A model generated the notes under the pieces. It did no database searches. It saw only the letters and a list, made by a program, of their open reading frames with translations, and had not been told where the DNA came from. A program made the translations under genes and the position numbers. Below, piece after piece: positions 12,483 through 22,989 of a stretch of 36,338 nucleotides of DNA (within the stretch, counting starts at the first letter, position 1; the number at the start of each line of letters is the position of its first letter). Source of the DNA: Octopus bimaculoides (Eukaryota); contig NC_068981.1 in NCBI RefSeq assembly GCF_001194135.2, forward strand, positions 156,553,213-156,589,550, read 5' to 3'.

Positions 12483-12690
12483 GTCTCTGATAAAAGCACA
12501 AGACCAGTAATATTTTGAGGGGTGGGGTTTAATTGATACCATCAACACCAGTACTTGATTGGTACTTTATTTTATTAACCACAGGCAGAGTTGATCTTGG
12601 CAGGGCTTGAACTCAGGATGTAAAGAAGTAGAATAAATACTGCAAAGCATTTTTTCAACACTTTAATGATTCTGCCAGCTCTCCACCTTA
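11690..12690 (-). mobile_element. Head-to-tail array of about 5 family B SINE copies separated by (AAT)n
   Basis: AAAGGATGAAAGGCAAAGTCGACC-like cores repeat, with (AAT)n at about 11971-11996 and 12440-12481. Confidence 0.85.
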
Positions 12691-12898
12691 ATATTGATAA
12701 TGTTTTCATATATGGGAGCTTTATCTCCACTCTATAGAAGTGGTGAAATAGGAAGCTGCACACACACACATTCACACAGACTTTTACACACATATGCACA
12801 TGCAGAACTACATTCATACATACACATACACAATCACATGTGTGTATCAGTTACTTTCAAATCAATTTATAAATAATTTCAACCTACTTTTCTTGCAG

Positions 12899-13237
12899 CT
12901 GCTGGATCCCCAGATGACAGGGAAACCAATTTCTTGGAAAAGAGTCGAGTTTTTTAAAAATGAATTGGCAACAACTGTTGAACACTTAGACAAAGCTTTT
13001 CTCCAAGACGGACCATATTTAGCTGGTCAGAAAAACATATCAATCTGTGATATTCTTGGTGCTTGTGAGCTGATGCAGCTCAATGCTGTTCATGAAGAAG
13101 CTTGTTATGAAAATAACAATAATGTTAACTCTTGGATGCAACGAGTGAAGAAAGATTTGTCCTCGCATTTTGATGAAGCTCACAAAATTGTTTACAGAGC
13201 AAGAGAAGTATTTGGTAAATCTAAAAGTAAGCTATAA
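12899..13237 (+). CDS. GSTT1-like: Theta-class GST, last coding exon (LLDPQMTG...ISICDI...FDEAHKIVYRAREVFGKSKSKL*)
   Basis: Acceptor cttgcag at 12898, phase 0. N-capping box S-x-x-D is present and the stop is TAA at 13235-13237. The spliced CDS is 115+88+151+339 = 693 nt, or 230 aa. Confidence 0.95.
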   Translation: MLDPQMTGKPISWKRVEFFKNELATTVEHLDKAFLQDGPYLAGQKNISICDILGACELMQLNAVHEEACYENNNNVNSWMQRVKKDLSSHFDEAHKIVYRAREVFGKSKSKL

Positions 13238-13318
13238 ATCGTAATAGGAATATATGTTGCTGTCTTATTCAGCAGTTCCTAAACTATTTTTTTATTATCT
13301 GTACCTTGCCTTGGAGCA

Positions 13319-13408
13319 AATAAAAATATCAAAGAAGTATTAATAAAAGTTGTACACATATATAATTCAAACTGAAGAAAATTACTGAGAACTTATATTT
13401 TCAATAAA
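13319..13408 (+). terminator. Candidate polyadenylation signals of the GST gene
   Basis: AATAAA at 13319, 13342 and 13403, followed by a T-rich tract near 13445-13466. Which site is used cannot be determined. Confidence 0.45.
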
Positions 13409-13807
13409 TTAAGACATTTTGAAAACAAAGAAAATGTCTTGATTTTCTTTTTTTTTTTTTTTTTTTGCAAAGCATCTTGATTTACTGAAAAAAAAACAAA
13501 ATCAAGACTTTATATATAAAATTTCAGCTTAGGTTTTAAATAAAATTTTCATTATTCTTGTGGTACACCTATGTACATCTTGCAGCACCTAAGTGTACAA
13601 TATTCATTGTTTCAGAATCTAGTCACCATCAAAATAAATACAATAATTTCAATCCCTTAAAACAATGTTTAAAAATAAAATGCATATAGTATAAAGAATG
13701 TATGTACACACACACGCATATATCTCAAGTCATGCCATAACTTGCATTATGACCTGTAATTGAAAATATTAATTTCTACAATGGTGTTCTCAATGCTAAA
13801 TAGTTGT

Positions 13808-13943
13808 CAATTTATTTATAGAGTGGCATGGAACACTGGGAGGGAGGTCATAAAGTTATAATTCATTTCCAAATATTATCTATTTCCTTATCATTCAACT
13901 ATGACCCCCCCACTGTGTTCCATGCCACTCTATAAATAAATTG
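13808..13943. mobile_element. 136-bp MITE-like fold-back, possibly hAT-type
   Basis: Perfect 29-bp inverted repeats (13808-13836 and 13915-13943), extendable to about 45 bp, with CA...TG termini. Flanks TAGTTGT and TAGTCTGT resemble a decayed 8-bp TSD. Confidence 0.6.
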
Positions 13944-14759
13944 TAGTCTGTTCTCTTAGCTATTTCTGCTACAATAGCCACAGCATGAATTTCTTCCATC
14001 CTTTTGCTCTGTTAAAATATTTAAGAAAAATTATATTAATGTATCTTGTCTGTTGAAATTCCATATCTGTGCAGCTGAAGATAGTGTTGTATTTAAAATT
14101 GATGCAATGATTGCATTGTTCAATTAAATGGAGCTGCTTGAAACGGTTGTACTACATTACTACTTGAAATCCTGTTACTTATTTTGATTTTATATATATG
14201 TGTGTGTGTGTGTGTGCAGAAATTCCTGTTTCGCTTGTGAAAATGCATGGCCTAGTGGTTAGAGTGTTTGACCCATGATCTATCATGTCCTATGGACTGA
14301 ACAATAACATCTTGTGTCTGTGAATGATATTAATATAAAACAAACCAGGAGACAGTTGATTCATCATCCAGGAGCAAGTTTCATCCAAACAGTATATGTA
14401 CACCCAATTTCACTCTTTGGTCAACATGAGAGAAAACACTTACTCAGGATATCATGTAGATATTGAACTAGGAACCTCATGGTAGTGATGTAAATTTTTA
14501 TGCTCTATATGAAACAAAATACTGATACCATTAGTGAATAGGTTACATTATTTCTATCTTGAACTTAGAAATTTAGCTTTCATTTTCAACAAACCTAGGT
14601 CTTTTACAAGATCATTTGATTCATCCTGATAAAGTTTATGTAGCTGATAGATTCACATAAAGTCTGATTATGAGATGGACAGCCTTCATGCTTCTTGCTT
14701 TCTGAATCTGTAGACAAAGTATGTGTTTCTTTGGTGGGGACTCTCCACAATGAGAACTC

Positions 14760-16372
14760 AATTGGTATGTGAGACTGCCATAGAGCTGAGGATAAATTAA
14801 GATATTTGTAGCATATCCATTAGGGAAGCAGAGAATATGCCTGCAAACTTCTGAGATGCCATCATAATTACACTCTACAAGAACAAAGGCACCAAATCAA
14901 ACTGGAAATTACAGGGGCATTTCCCTGCTTTCCATTGCTGGAAAAATCCTGGTCCACATTCTCTTCAACAAGCTCATCACTAGTGTCTCTGAGAACAACT
15001 TGTCTGAAGCTCAGGCCGTAGCACTGTAGACATGGTATTTGGTATGTGTCAAGTCAATGAGAAATGCATTAAACAATGGATAGATTTGTATTCTGTGTTC
15101 GTAGATCCGACCAAAGCTTTTGACACAGTCAACAGAGATGCTTTGTGGACCATCCTAACCAAGATGGGCTGCCCACACAAGTTCACCTCATTGATAAGAC
15201 TCTTTTATGACAATATTACTGGCCAAGTTCTTTGCAATGGTGACTGCAGCAACTCTTTCAACATTTCCAATGGCATGAAACAGGCCGCTGTCTTGTTCAA
15301 CTTGTTCTTCACACTTGTCCTGCCTTACACATTGAAAGATTTAGAACTGGGCATATACATCAAATATCTCTCAGACAGCTCTGCTTTTGATCTCTGCCAA
15401 CTAACTCTCTGCTCATACAAAGACAGTGGAAAAGCTTATAACTGAAGCCCTATTTGTAGATGACTTATGGCATGCAAGGAAAATCACCAGCAGACCATTG
15501 TTGATCACTTTGCAGAAAATGGAGGTCCTAGTCTAAGCAGCCCCAGACACAGTTCACCCCCAGCCAAACATCACTGATGAAGGAGTCCAGCTTAAGTGTG
15601 TGGAGAGTTTTAGGTACCTTGGCAGCTGATGGATCATTGGACAGTGAAATATTATCCAGAATCCTCAAGACTAGCCAAGCACTTGGAAGACTGAAAGTGG
15701 AAGTCCTCCAGCATAAAGGTGTAAGTCTATTGACAATGCTCAAGATCTACAAGGGTGTAGTCGTTTCTACACTACTCTACGGCTGTCAAACATGGACCTC
15801 ATACTGTTGGCACATCAAACAGCTAGAACAATTTCACACAAGGGCACTGTGGAGGATCATGAGAATTTACCAGCAGGACAGTGTAACAAACCAAAAAGTA
15901 CTGGACAGAGCTTGCTCAACAAGAACTGAGTCAATGTTGCTGAAGGCTCACTTATGCTGGACTGGCAATGTTATTAGAATGATTGACAACTGTGTAGTAC
16001 CCAGACAGCTGTTGCAGAGTGAGCTCGCACAAACATAGAAGACCTAAACTGAGGTACAAAAACACTCTGAAAAGTAACCTCAAGTGGAGTGGTATTAGCC
16101 CATGTGAACTCAAAGCTTCTGTTGCAGACAGATCAGTGTGGAGGTCTCTCACCTCACAAGCAGCAGCTGCCTTCGAAGTGGTCCAGTGACAGCATCTCGA
16201 TGCTGCAAGAAAAGACATCACAGAGCAGCATCCACTTCAATCCAGTCAACAAGTTATCACTGTGACATCTGTGGGTGCCTGTGTGCTTCTAGCTTTGGAC
16301 TTTGGAACTCACATGCACTCTCATCACTGAGAACACAGACCTTGTCATCATCAGACACCGATGGACTACCTA
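14760..16372 (+). mobile_element. RTE-clade LINE, 5'-truncated reverse-transcriptase region, degraded
   Basis: LYKNKG...NYRGISLLSIAGKIL, FVDPTKAFDTVNR, LFVDD (15450-15464), LLYGCQTW and a C-terminal CDICG...H zinc motif. Many stops and frameshifts. Confidence 0.92.
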
Positions 16373-17342
16373 GAAAGTGTTCTTTCCTTTCCTTCTTTTT
16401 TTATATTCCACTCTTTAGAAATGCTGGGGGTCATGTGAAAATAGTCTTTGCTGTGCTTTCCATATCGTAGCTATTGTAAAAGGCTTGCACTTCTACCAGT
16501 CATTTATACACATTTTTAAACACTGAACAAATGGAGCTGCAACAAATGGAAGAAGATTATGATATTGGGCTACTAATGAGACTTCCATACTCAGCAATAA
16601 ACATTTCAATAAATATTTCAATGGACTCTTCATAGATTGTTGCAAAAAGCAGATTTACTTTCATGGTGCATAAGATTAACAATTGCAGAAAGTACTTTCA
16701 CTGGAAAAATAATATAACTTCTGCTGCTAATACAAATGTAAAGATACAAATTTAGAAAAACCTTTAGCAGCAAAGAACATAAAATAAATAGATTAATAAA
16801 TTTAAAATGTTATTTCATAAAAGAATTTTTTAATCATGCAGTTAGTATTTACATGTATTTAAATAGAAGCTAAACTAGACACATTTTGTAAAATCTGTAA
16901 TCATCCATAAGCATGCATATATATATATAAATATGCATGCATATATACATATTTGTGTACATATGTATGTGTGTGTTTACGACTATAGAAGAGTCAGTTC
17001 ATGTTACTAAAAATTTCAAAGTCACTCAAAAACATACAAGATGGCTGAATTCATTACATCTGCCTCATCCAATGTGGAAAAAGAAAAAGCAAAAAAGAAA
17101 AATAGATTTATACATTGCATTTTTTCTTTGAAACAGATTAAACTAATGTTTTCTAAGTACTTTGCATTTTAGTTTTTCTTGACATATTTATATCATAGTA
17201 TCTTCAAAATTTTATGCAATTTTTTTCAGAATGTGTTTCTCTAATAAATAACCAGTTTTCTTTTGTTTTTTTAATTTTCTGTTTCTCTTTCATCAACTAA
17301 TCTTTCTTCTACTGACCTTTTGTGTTGCTTTTAAAGCCACAC

Positions 17343-17558
17343 TCAAATATAATTTTGATTGATGGATAGTTTTGTTGATTTTGTCATTTTCAGAGTGAAA
17401 TTTACTGGTGAATATCCCATTGTTAGTTGATTTAAAGAAATCACGTCTATGTAATCACTGCAGTAGTCTACCAACAAATCTTCAGGAATGTCACCACTGA
17501 TTTCTATCATTACATCAGGGAAATGTTGTTTCAAACTTTCAGCATATTTTTTAGCAAC
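17343..17558 (-). CDS. QPRT: QPRT homologue, last coding exon (VAKKYAESLKQHFPDVMIEISGDI...IDVISLNQLTMGYSPVNFTLK...*)
   Basis: Acceptor tgtttcag at 17559. Aligns without gaps to human LKAQFPSVAVEASGGI...IDVISMG...DFSLK. TGA stop at 17345-17343. The total protein is 319 aa. Confidence 0.93.
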   Translation of the reverse strand, partial: VAKKYAESLKQHFPDVMIEISGDIPEDLLVDYCSDYIDVISLNQLTMGYSPVNFTLKMTKSTKLSINQNYI

Positions 17559-17699
17559 CTGAAACACAAACAAACCAAAAGTCAAAAATAAATTCAAAAT
17601 ACAAATTATATACAGTTTCTTGATGTATGTTTATTTTTTATCTTTATCATATTTGTTACAAGCTGACAGATGCAAGAACATCAAAGATAGAAAAGGAAT

Positions 17700-18040
17700 T
17701 CCAGAGTCTGACATTTTGAGGAACATGAATTGGACATAGGAGTTCATGTGGGGCCTGGTTGAAGAGACACAATTTGGGTCACCAGCAGAAAGAGTGAGTC
17801 AGGAGTGCTTGAAATGAAAAGTGATCGCTTTAAAATCACTAATAAAACATAGAGGAGATTGTATACTTGTGGGATGCCAACCAGGTGAGTAGCGTTTTGC
17901 AAGGGTTGGAGGTGGAGTGAGGGTGAACTAAAATACCTGTATATGTAGCAGCTGCACCATCTCATGCACTGAAACAGCACTCCATTGTGGATCTTGCCTG
18001 AGCTTTGTGGAGGCTTAGTTGTCATTGGTCCTGAAATTGA
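17700..18040 (-). mobile_element. CR1/L2-like LINE 3' fragment, degraded
   Basis: The minus strand reads LHKAQARSTMECCFSA*DGAAAT, LQPL and RLWNS in different frames. Confidence 0.6.
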
Positions 18041-18237
18041 TTCTAATGAGGAAGACTAGTACTCTGTGATGCAGTCATTGTTGCATCAACTCTCCTGATG
18101 TTGCTACAACTGTTGTTGTTTAACTTAACATCAGCTCTGATGAAACAGACCTCCAACCAAATGCAATTCAATTATGACCATTCATCCCTTTTTATAAATC
18201 AATTTGATGACTGGCATCCATGCTAGTGGAATGCTAA

Positions 18238-18645
18238 GAGCACCATCTGAGCGTGATCGTTGCCAGAGTAGCTGACTGGCTTCCGTGCCGGTGGCACATA
18301 AAAAGCACCATTTGAGTGTGATTGTTACCAGCGTTGCCTTACTGGCCTGTGAAAAAATATTCAAGCAGGGTCAATACCAGTGCTGCTGGATCGGCTCCGT
18401 GCAGGTGGCACATAAAAAACACCATTTGAGCATGGCTGTTGGCAGTATCGCCTGACTGGCCCTCATGTCAGTGGCATGTAAAAGCACCCACTCTGAGTGG
18501 TTGGCATTAGGAAGGGCATCCAGCTGTAGAAACTTTGCCAGATCAGATTGGAGCCTGGTGCAGCCATCTGGTTCGCCAGTTCTCAGTCAAATCGTCCAAT
18601 CCATGCCAGCATGGAATGCGGACGTTAAATGATGATGATGATGAT
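18238..18645 (-). repeat. Dispersed repeat family E with internal tandem subunits and (GAT)n end
   Basis: GAAGGGCATCCAGCTGTAGAAACT...CATGGAA.GCGGACGTTAAA.GATGATGAT. Same as 27219-27610 and 36113-36338. Confidence 0.85.
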
Positions 18646-19184
18646 ATATATTCAAACCTAGCACACATCTAAAATCTCTTTTCAGTGCAATTATAATTAC
18701 TTTATTATTTCATTTCATTATCTATGTAAACACAGTTTCGTTTTCCATGCCGTATGTTTAGAGAAAAAATCTTAAGATCCCTTGGCTCAACCCAACTCTC
18801 CCCCTTTCTCCCTCTCTTTCATGTTCATTTATTATTGTCATTTAGTCATTCATTTATCTAATTTTATCACAGTTTCTCTGACTGAAAACTGTTGGTTATA
18901 GTTCTAGTTAAGAATTCAAATGCCCAATTCTATCTTATTATTTATCATTGATATTTTCTCACACCGGCAGCCTGAGTTTTTGCTATTTNNNNNNNNNNCC
19001 TTTCTCCCTCTCTTTCATGTTCATTTATTATTGTCATTTAGTCATTCATTTATCTAATTTTATCACAGTTTCTCTGACTGAAAACTGTTGGTTATAGTTC
19101 TAGTTAAGAATTCAAATGCCCAATTCTATCTTATTATTTATCATTGATATTTTCTCACACCGGCAGCCTGAGTTTTTGCTATTT

Positions 19185-19965
19185 CACGGTGTGCCCTCCC
19201 TTCCCACCCCCACCACTTGTACCGGAAGTCTCTATCCTCTGACCTCTATCGGATGTCTCTCCCATGAACACCTCCAAAGGCTTAATGTTCCCCCATCCCT
19301 ACCTAGTGTTTATCTCCTATGTAATGTAGTGATTATGTGGTGCATAAAATGATGGTGTAGTGTATGCAGGTTGAAGGCTACTGTATGTTTACGAGTTCTG
19401 CCAAATGCGAGCTTCCTTTTCAGGTATGTGACACTGCTGTCCCCTATCCTAGGATCTTGCGGGTCCACACCTCCTATACCCTCAGGGTTGGCACACTTAA
19501 TGTTGGCACACTGAAAGGTAGGTCTGGTGAGATTGTTGAGATACTTGAACGGAGACATGTAGATTTGTGCTGCATCCAAGAAGTAAGATGGAGAGGAAGT
19601 TCTGCTAGGTTCCTTACAGGCAAAGAACATAGTTATAAGATTTTGGGGGCAGGAAACACTGACGGGGTCGAGGGCATGGGTATACTTCTTGCAGAGAAAT
19701 GGGTTGATAAGGTAATCGAGGTAGTCAAAGTCTGTGATAGAATACTTAAGATTAGATTAGTGCTGCAACATGGTTTAGCAACCATTATCTCAGATTATGC
19801 TCCTCAGCCAGGGCTACCTGATGAACAGAAAGACCGATTTCATGACACCCTCTTACAGACTACCTCATTGACGAATGACAAGGACCTTCTCTTTGTGGCT
19901 GGCAACTTCAATGGGCATGCTGGACAACATGCAAGGGGCTTCCATGGCGTACATGGATGCTATTG
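19185..19965 (+). mobile_element. RTE-type LINE 5' region with AP-endonuclease domain
   Basis: ORF 19364-19975 contains RVGTLNVGTL, DLCCIQEVRW, GILLAEKW, YAPQ and GNFNGH. It ends before the RT domain. Confidence 0.9.
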
Positions 19966-20477
19966 TTTGACTTAAAAATAACAGCTAAATCTTCATGTAA
20001 AGTATGAAATATAAAAGGCATTGGAGAGAGTTTATATAACTCTATAAGTTATGGATCACATTAAGGCCTTTTATATTCAATACATTATAAGTACTTCTGT
20101 ATGAAATAGCTGTAAAATGTCAAATATAAAAAAAAAAAAATCATCATTGTTGGTAGTGATGGCAGTGTTGGCAGTGTTGGCAGCGTCATCAACACCACCA
20201 TTGAAAACAATAGCAACAGTAACAACAATAGGAACGACAACAATAACAATAATAGCAATATTTCATGTTAGCTTTTCAGTGCTGGCATAGTTTGAAAGGT
20301 TTTACTGAGGCAGTGGCTTATGGTTCAATGCCTTCCTATAGCCAACTAACTCTTTTAGTCACCTCTTACAGCACAGGAATAGGATGATGTGCCTATTCTA
20401 AAACCAAGATACACATAATGATCAAACATAAAAGAAATTGATGAATTTGGAAATATAATTAAAACTTTATTTCAAAC

Positions 20478-20609
20478 CTCTGCTGTTGGGTTTTCAAATA
20501 ATATAACATCACAACCAGCATTAGCTGCTTCTAAAGCATCTTCAAGATTTCTGCATTCTACTTCAATTTTCATGGAAAACCCACTAACAAGCTTAGCATC
20601 TTTCACAGC
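20478..20609 (-). CDS. QPRT: QPRT homologue, coding exon 2 ([44 protein letters not shown])
   Basis: CAG acceptor at 20612-20610 and GT donor at 20477. The 132 nt are phase 0/0 and carry the KIEVEC and A..AG.D motifs. Not in the ORF track. Confidence 0.94.
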
Positions 20610-20899
20610 CTGTTTTCCATTTTCAAAGACAAATAAAAAATAAGATAGAGCAGAGTAAGTACAGACGTAGAAAATTCCACAAAATAAGAATATAATAATT
20701 TAGCAATAACTAATAACTTATATATAAAAACAATGAATGAAAAAATGTCATGATTTATATGGGAAAACAAACAAGGAAAATGTATGAAAACTGTTTATTT
20801 CTGATTAAATGAAAATAATTAGAGAAATGAAATATATTGCAAGTAAGCAGGCATATGCTGTGTACAAGAAACAAGATGGAAGGGAGTCTCAGCTAGACT

Positions 20900-21540
20900 C
20901 CTTGAGGCTAAGGAACTTACACACAGGTACGGTACAAATTCTGGGTAGATAATAACGATGGAGAAAGTGGATTCAGTAAATTATTTGCAGAGAAATGGAT
21001 TAGTTAGAGAATGTGATACATTTATCAGGTTTAAACTAGTCATGAACAACACAATTGTGACATTTAACTGTACATATGCTTTACACTCAGAGGTGGCAGA
21101 TGAATAGAAAGACTACTACTTTTGTGTGATCCTCCTGCAGACAACCTTGAATAATGAATGGCAGCAGTGTCTTATTGCATTTGGTGATTTTAATGAACTT
21201 ATTGGGCAACACTATGAAGGCTTCTCTGACTTGAATGGAAACTGTGGGTATGATATGAGGAACAAGGCTCTTGGAGGTCTACAGTCAAGACTCTCGGGGT
21301 TCTATGATCTAACCATTTGCAATACAGCTCATCTAATAAACAGTGACCATACAAACCGGGAAATAGGATAGCAGATGATTGTGAAAGCAAAGTCTTTCCC
21401 TGGTGAATAACATACTAGTCAATAAAGGCTAATTACTAGTGACTTAATAAAAGCTAGATAGAATAAGAGACAGTTTGGAGAGTGAAGATATGGAAGCCGG
21501 AAAAAAACACATTTTCAAATCGTGGGTTCAGAAAACTTAC
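20900..21540 (+). mobile_element. Highly degraded RTE-type endonuclease fragment
   Basis: FGDFNELIGQHYEGFSDLNGNCGYDMRN parallels the GDFNGHVG...G.HG..G.G.RN motif. Heavily disrupted. Confidence 0.6.
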
Positions 21541-21663
21541 GGTCAGTTAAATATGACTCTTTTCTTCCACTACAAAACCTCTTAGCTGCACCACATACAA
21601 AAATATATACACTAAAACATTTTCCATGCCAGCATGGATGACAGATATTAAAGAATGATGATG

Positions 21664-21694
<31 letters not shown>

Positions 21695-21909
21695 TGTGTG
21701 TGTTATTATCACTTTGACTTGATATCACATGATAGTGTCATCATAATGTGAGTGGTGTCCCTCATTTCCAGTATATCTGGTCATGGGGAAATATTGCCTT
21801 ACTTGGAAACAAGTGAGGAGTGGAGGCAGGAAGGGCATCCAGCCATAGGAAATCTGCCTTAGCAAATTCTGTCTGACATATGCAAGCATGGAAAGAGGAC
21901 GTGATGATG

Positions 21910-21910
21910 A

Positions 21911-21978
<68 letters not shown>
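21910..21978. repeat. (TA)n microsatellite, representative of many (TA)n, (CA)n, (GA)n, (AAT)n and (GAT)n tracts
   Basis: Direct inspection. Others lie at about 6407-6432, 9065-9101, 12440-12481, 21667-21695, 29013-29049, 31680-31860 and 34598-34632. Confidence 0.95.
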
Positions 21979-21984
<6 letters not shown>

Positions 21985-22561
21985 TAACCTTTTACATGAA
22001 GTCTGAAGCGAAGTAATTTAAACTTTATATAGAAAGTCAAGTTATAAATCATTGGTTAATGTTTTCTGCTATCTAAGATTTATTTTCTAGTTTAGCCTGT
22101 TAAGCATGTTCAGCTTTAGCAGCTATCACAGTATGAGATCACTATTAATAATTTTTATCTCTTCTTTACAGTTGCTAAGCAATCATGGAATGTACTCCCT
22201 GCATTATGTTTATTACAATTAATACACTTGTCACAGCTTAACAATCACCAAATTAATGAATATTTTACGGTCTTTCAGTCTTTACAGTCAGTCTTTCATG
22301 CAACATAGTCTTTAGTATTATTTCTGTTGCTTCTTTAACTACAGCGGTTCAGAATATTTATATATCAATAAATTATTTGCCTAAAGTATTTAGTGGATAT
22401 TTTAAAAGATTGCTTAAAGTAGACAGCTAAGACAAGTTTGTTTTCATAGCTTTATGTTCTTCCAAGCTTCCTGCTGTTATATACTTATTTTTTAAAATTT
22501 ATATTGTAGTTTGTGAACAATTATATAATTNNNNNNNNNNNNNNNNNNATATATATATATA

Positions 22562-22960
22562 TATAGCTGTTTCTGGGATATCCCAGGTGATGTGTCAGCA
22601 TTTCCATACACTGGGTAGTCCGTCATCAGTCTTTTATACATTGTTTTCTTTTATACACTGTGAATTCTCTGTCTGGAACTTTCCAACATACACACTTTGT
22701 CTCTGATGATGGAATACCCAGTGTATGGAGAGGCTGACCCTTCACCTGGGATATCCCAGAAACAGCTGTAAGACATTAATTACTTCTAATTCACCTTACT
22801 CTGATTAAACACTCTAAATGACCTGAGATTCTTGTCCTACCTTGGCTTTGTTGTCTTTTTCCTCACTGTGAACTTGGAACCTAACAAATGACCAATTATA
22901 GCACTTACAGAGTGTACCTATTCATTTAGATTATCAGTGAACTAAAATCCCCAAATTCTA
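22562..22960 (+). mobile_element. Probable Penelope-like retroelement (pseudo-LTR) remnant with a ~67 bp inverted terminal duplication
   Basis: 22564-22629 is an imperfect reverse complement of 22703-22768. It contains the hammerhead and abuts (TA)n. No RT or GIY-YIG coding sequence is seen, and the right boundary is uncertain. Confidence 0.55.
22698..22775 (+). ncRNA. Minimal type I hammerhead ribozyme motif
   Basis: Stem I is UGUCU (22698-22702) with AGACA (22771-22775). The core is CUGAUGA (22703-22709) and GAAA (22759-22762). Stem II is long (22710-22758). Stem III lies within the self-complementary ACAGCUGU. The GUA cleavage triplet is at 22768-22770. Confidence 0.75.
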
Positions 22961-22989
22961 TACATGCATACACACACACACACACACAT

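Noticed and set aside
15574-15600. Other CTGATGA heptamers (about 15574, 18137, 19816, and minus strand at 23171-23177)
   Set aside because: No correctly placed helix II-GAAA-helix III; they fall in transposon coding or SINE sequence.
18803-19184. Exact 186-bp direct repeat (18803-18988 and 18999-19184)
   Set aside because: Same artefact around a 10-N gap; not an LTR or tandem duplication.
19364-19975. 203-aa ORF as a host gene
   Set aside because: Its motifs are those of an RTE-type LINE AP-endonuclease and it is truncated.
22562-22770. Reading as a simple Tc1/mariner MITE (TA-CAGCTG...CAGCTG-TA)
   Set aside because: Not excluded, but disfavoured: the full hammerhead core is present and its helix I partner lies outside the putative TIR.
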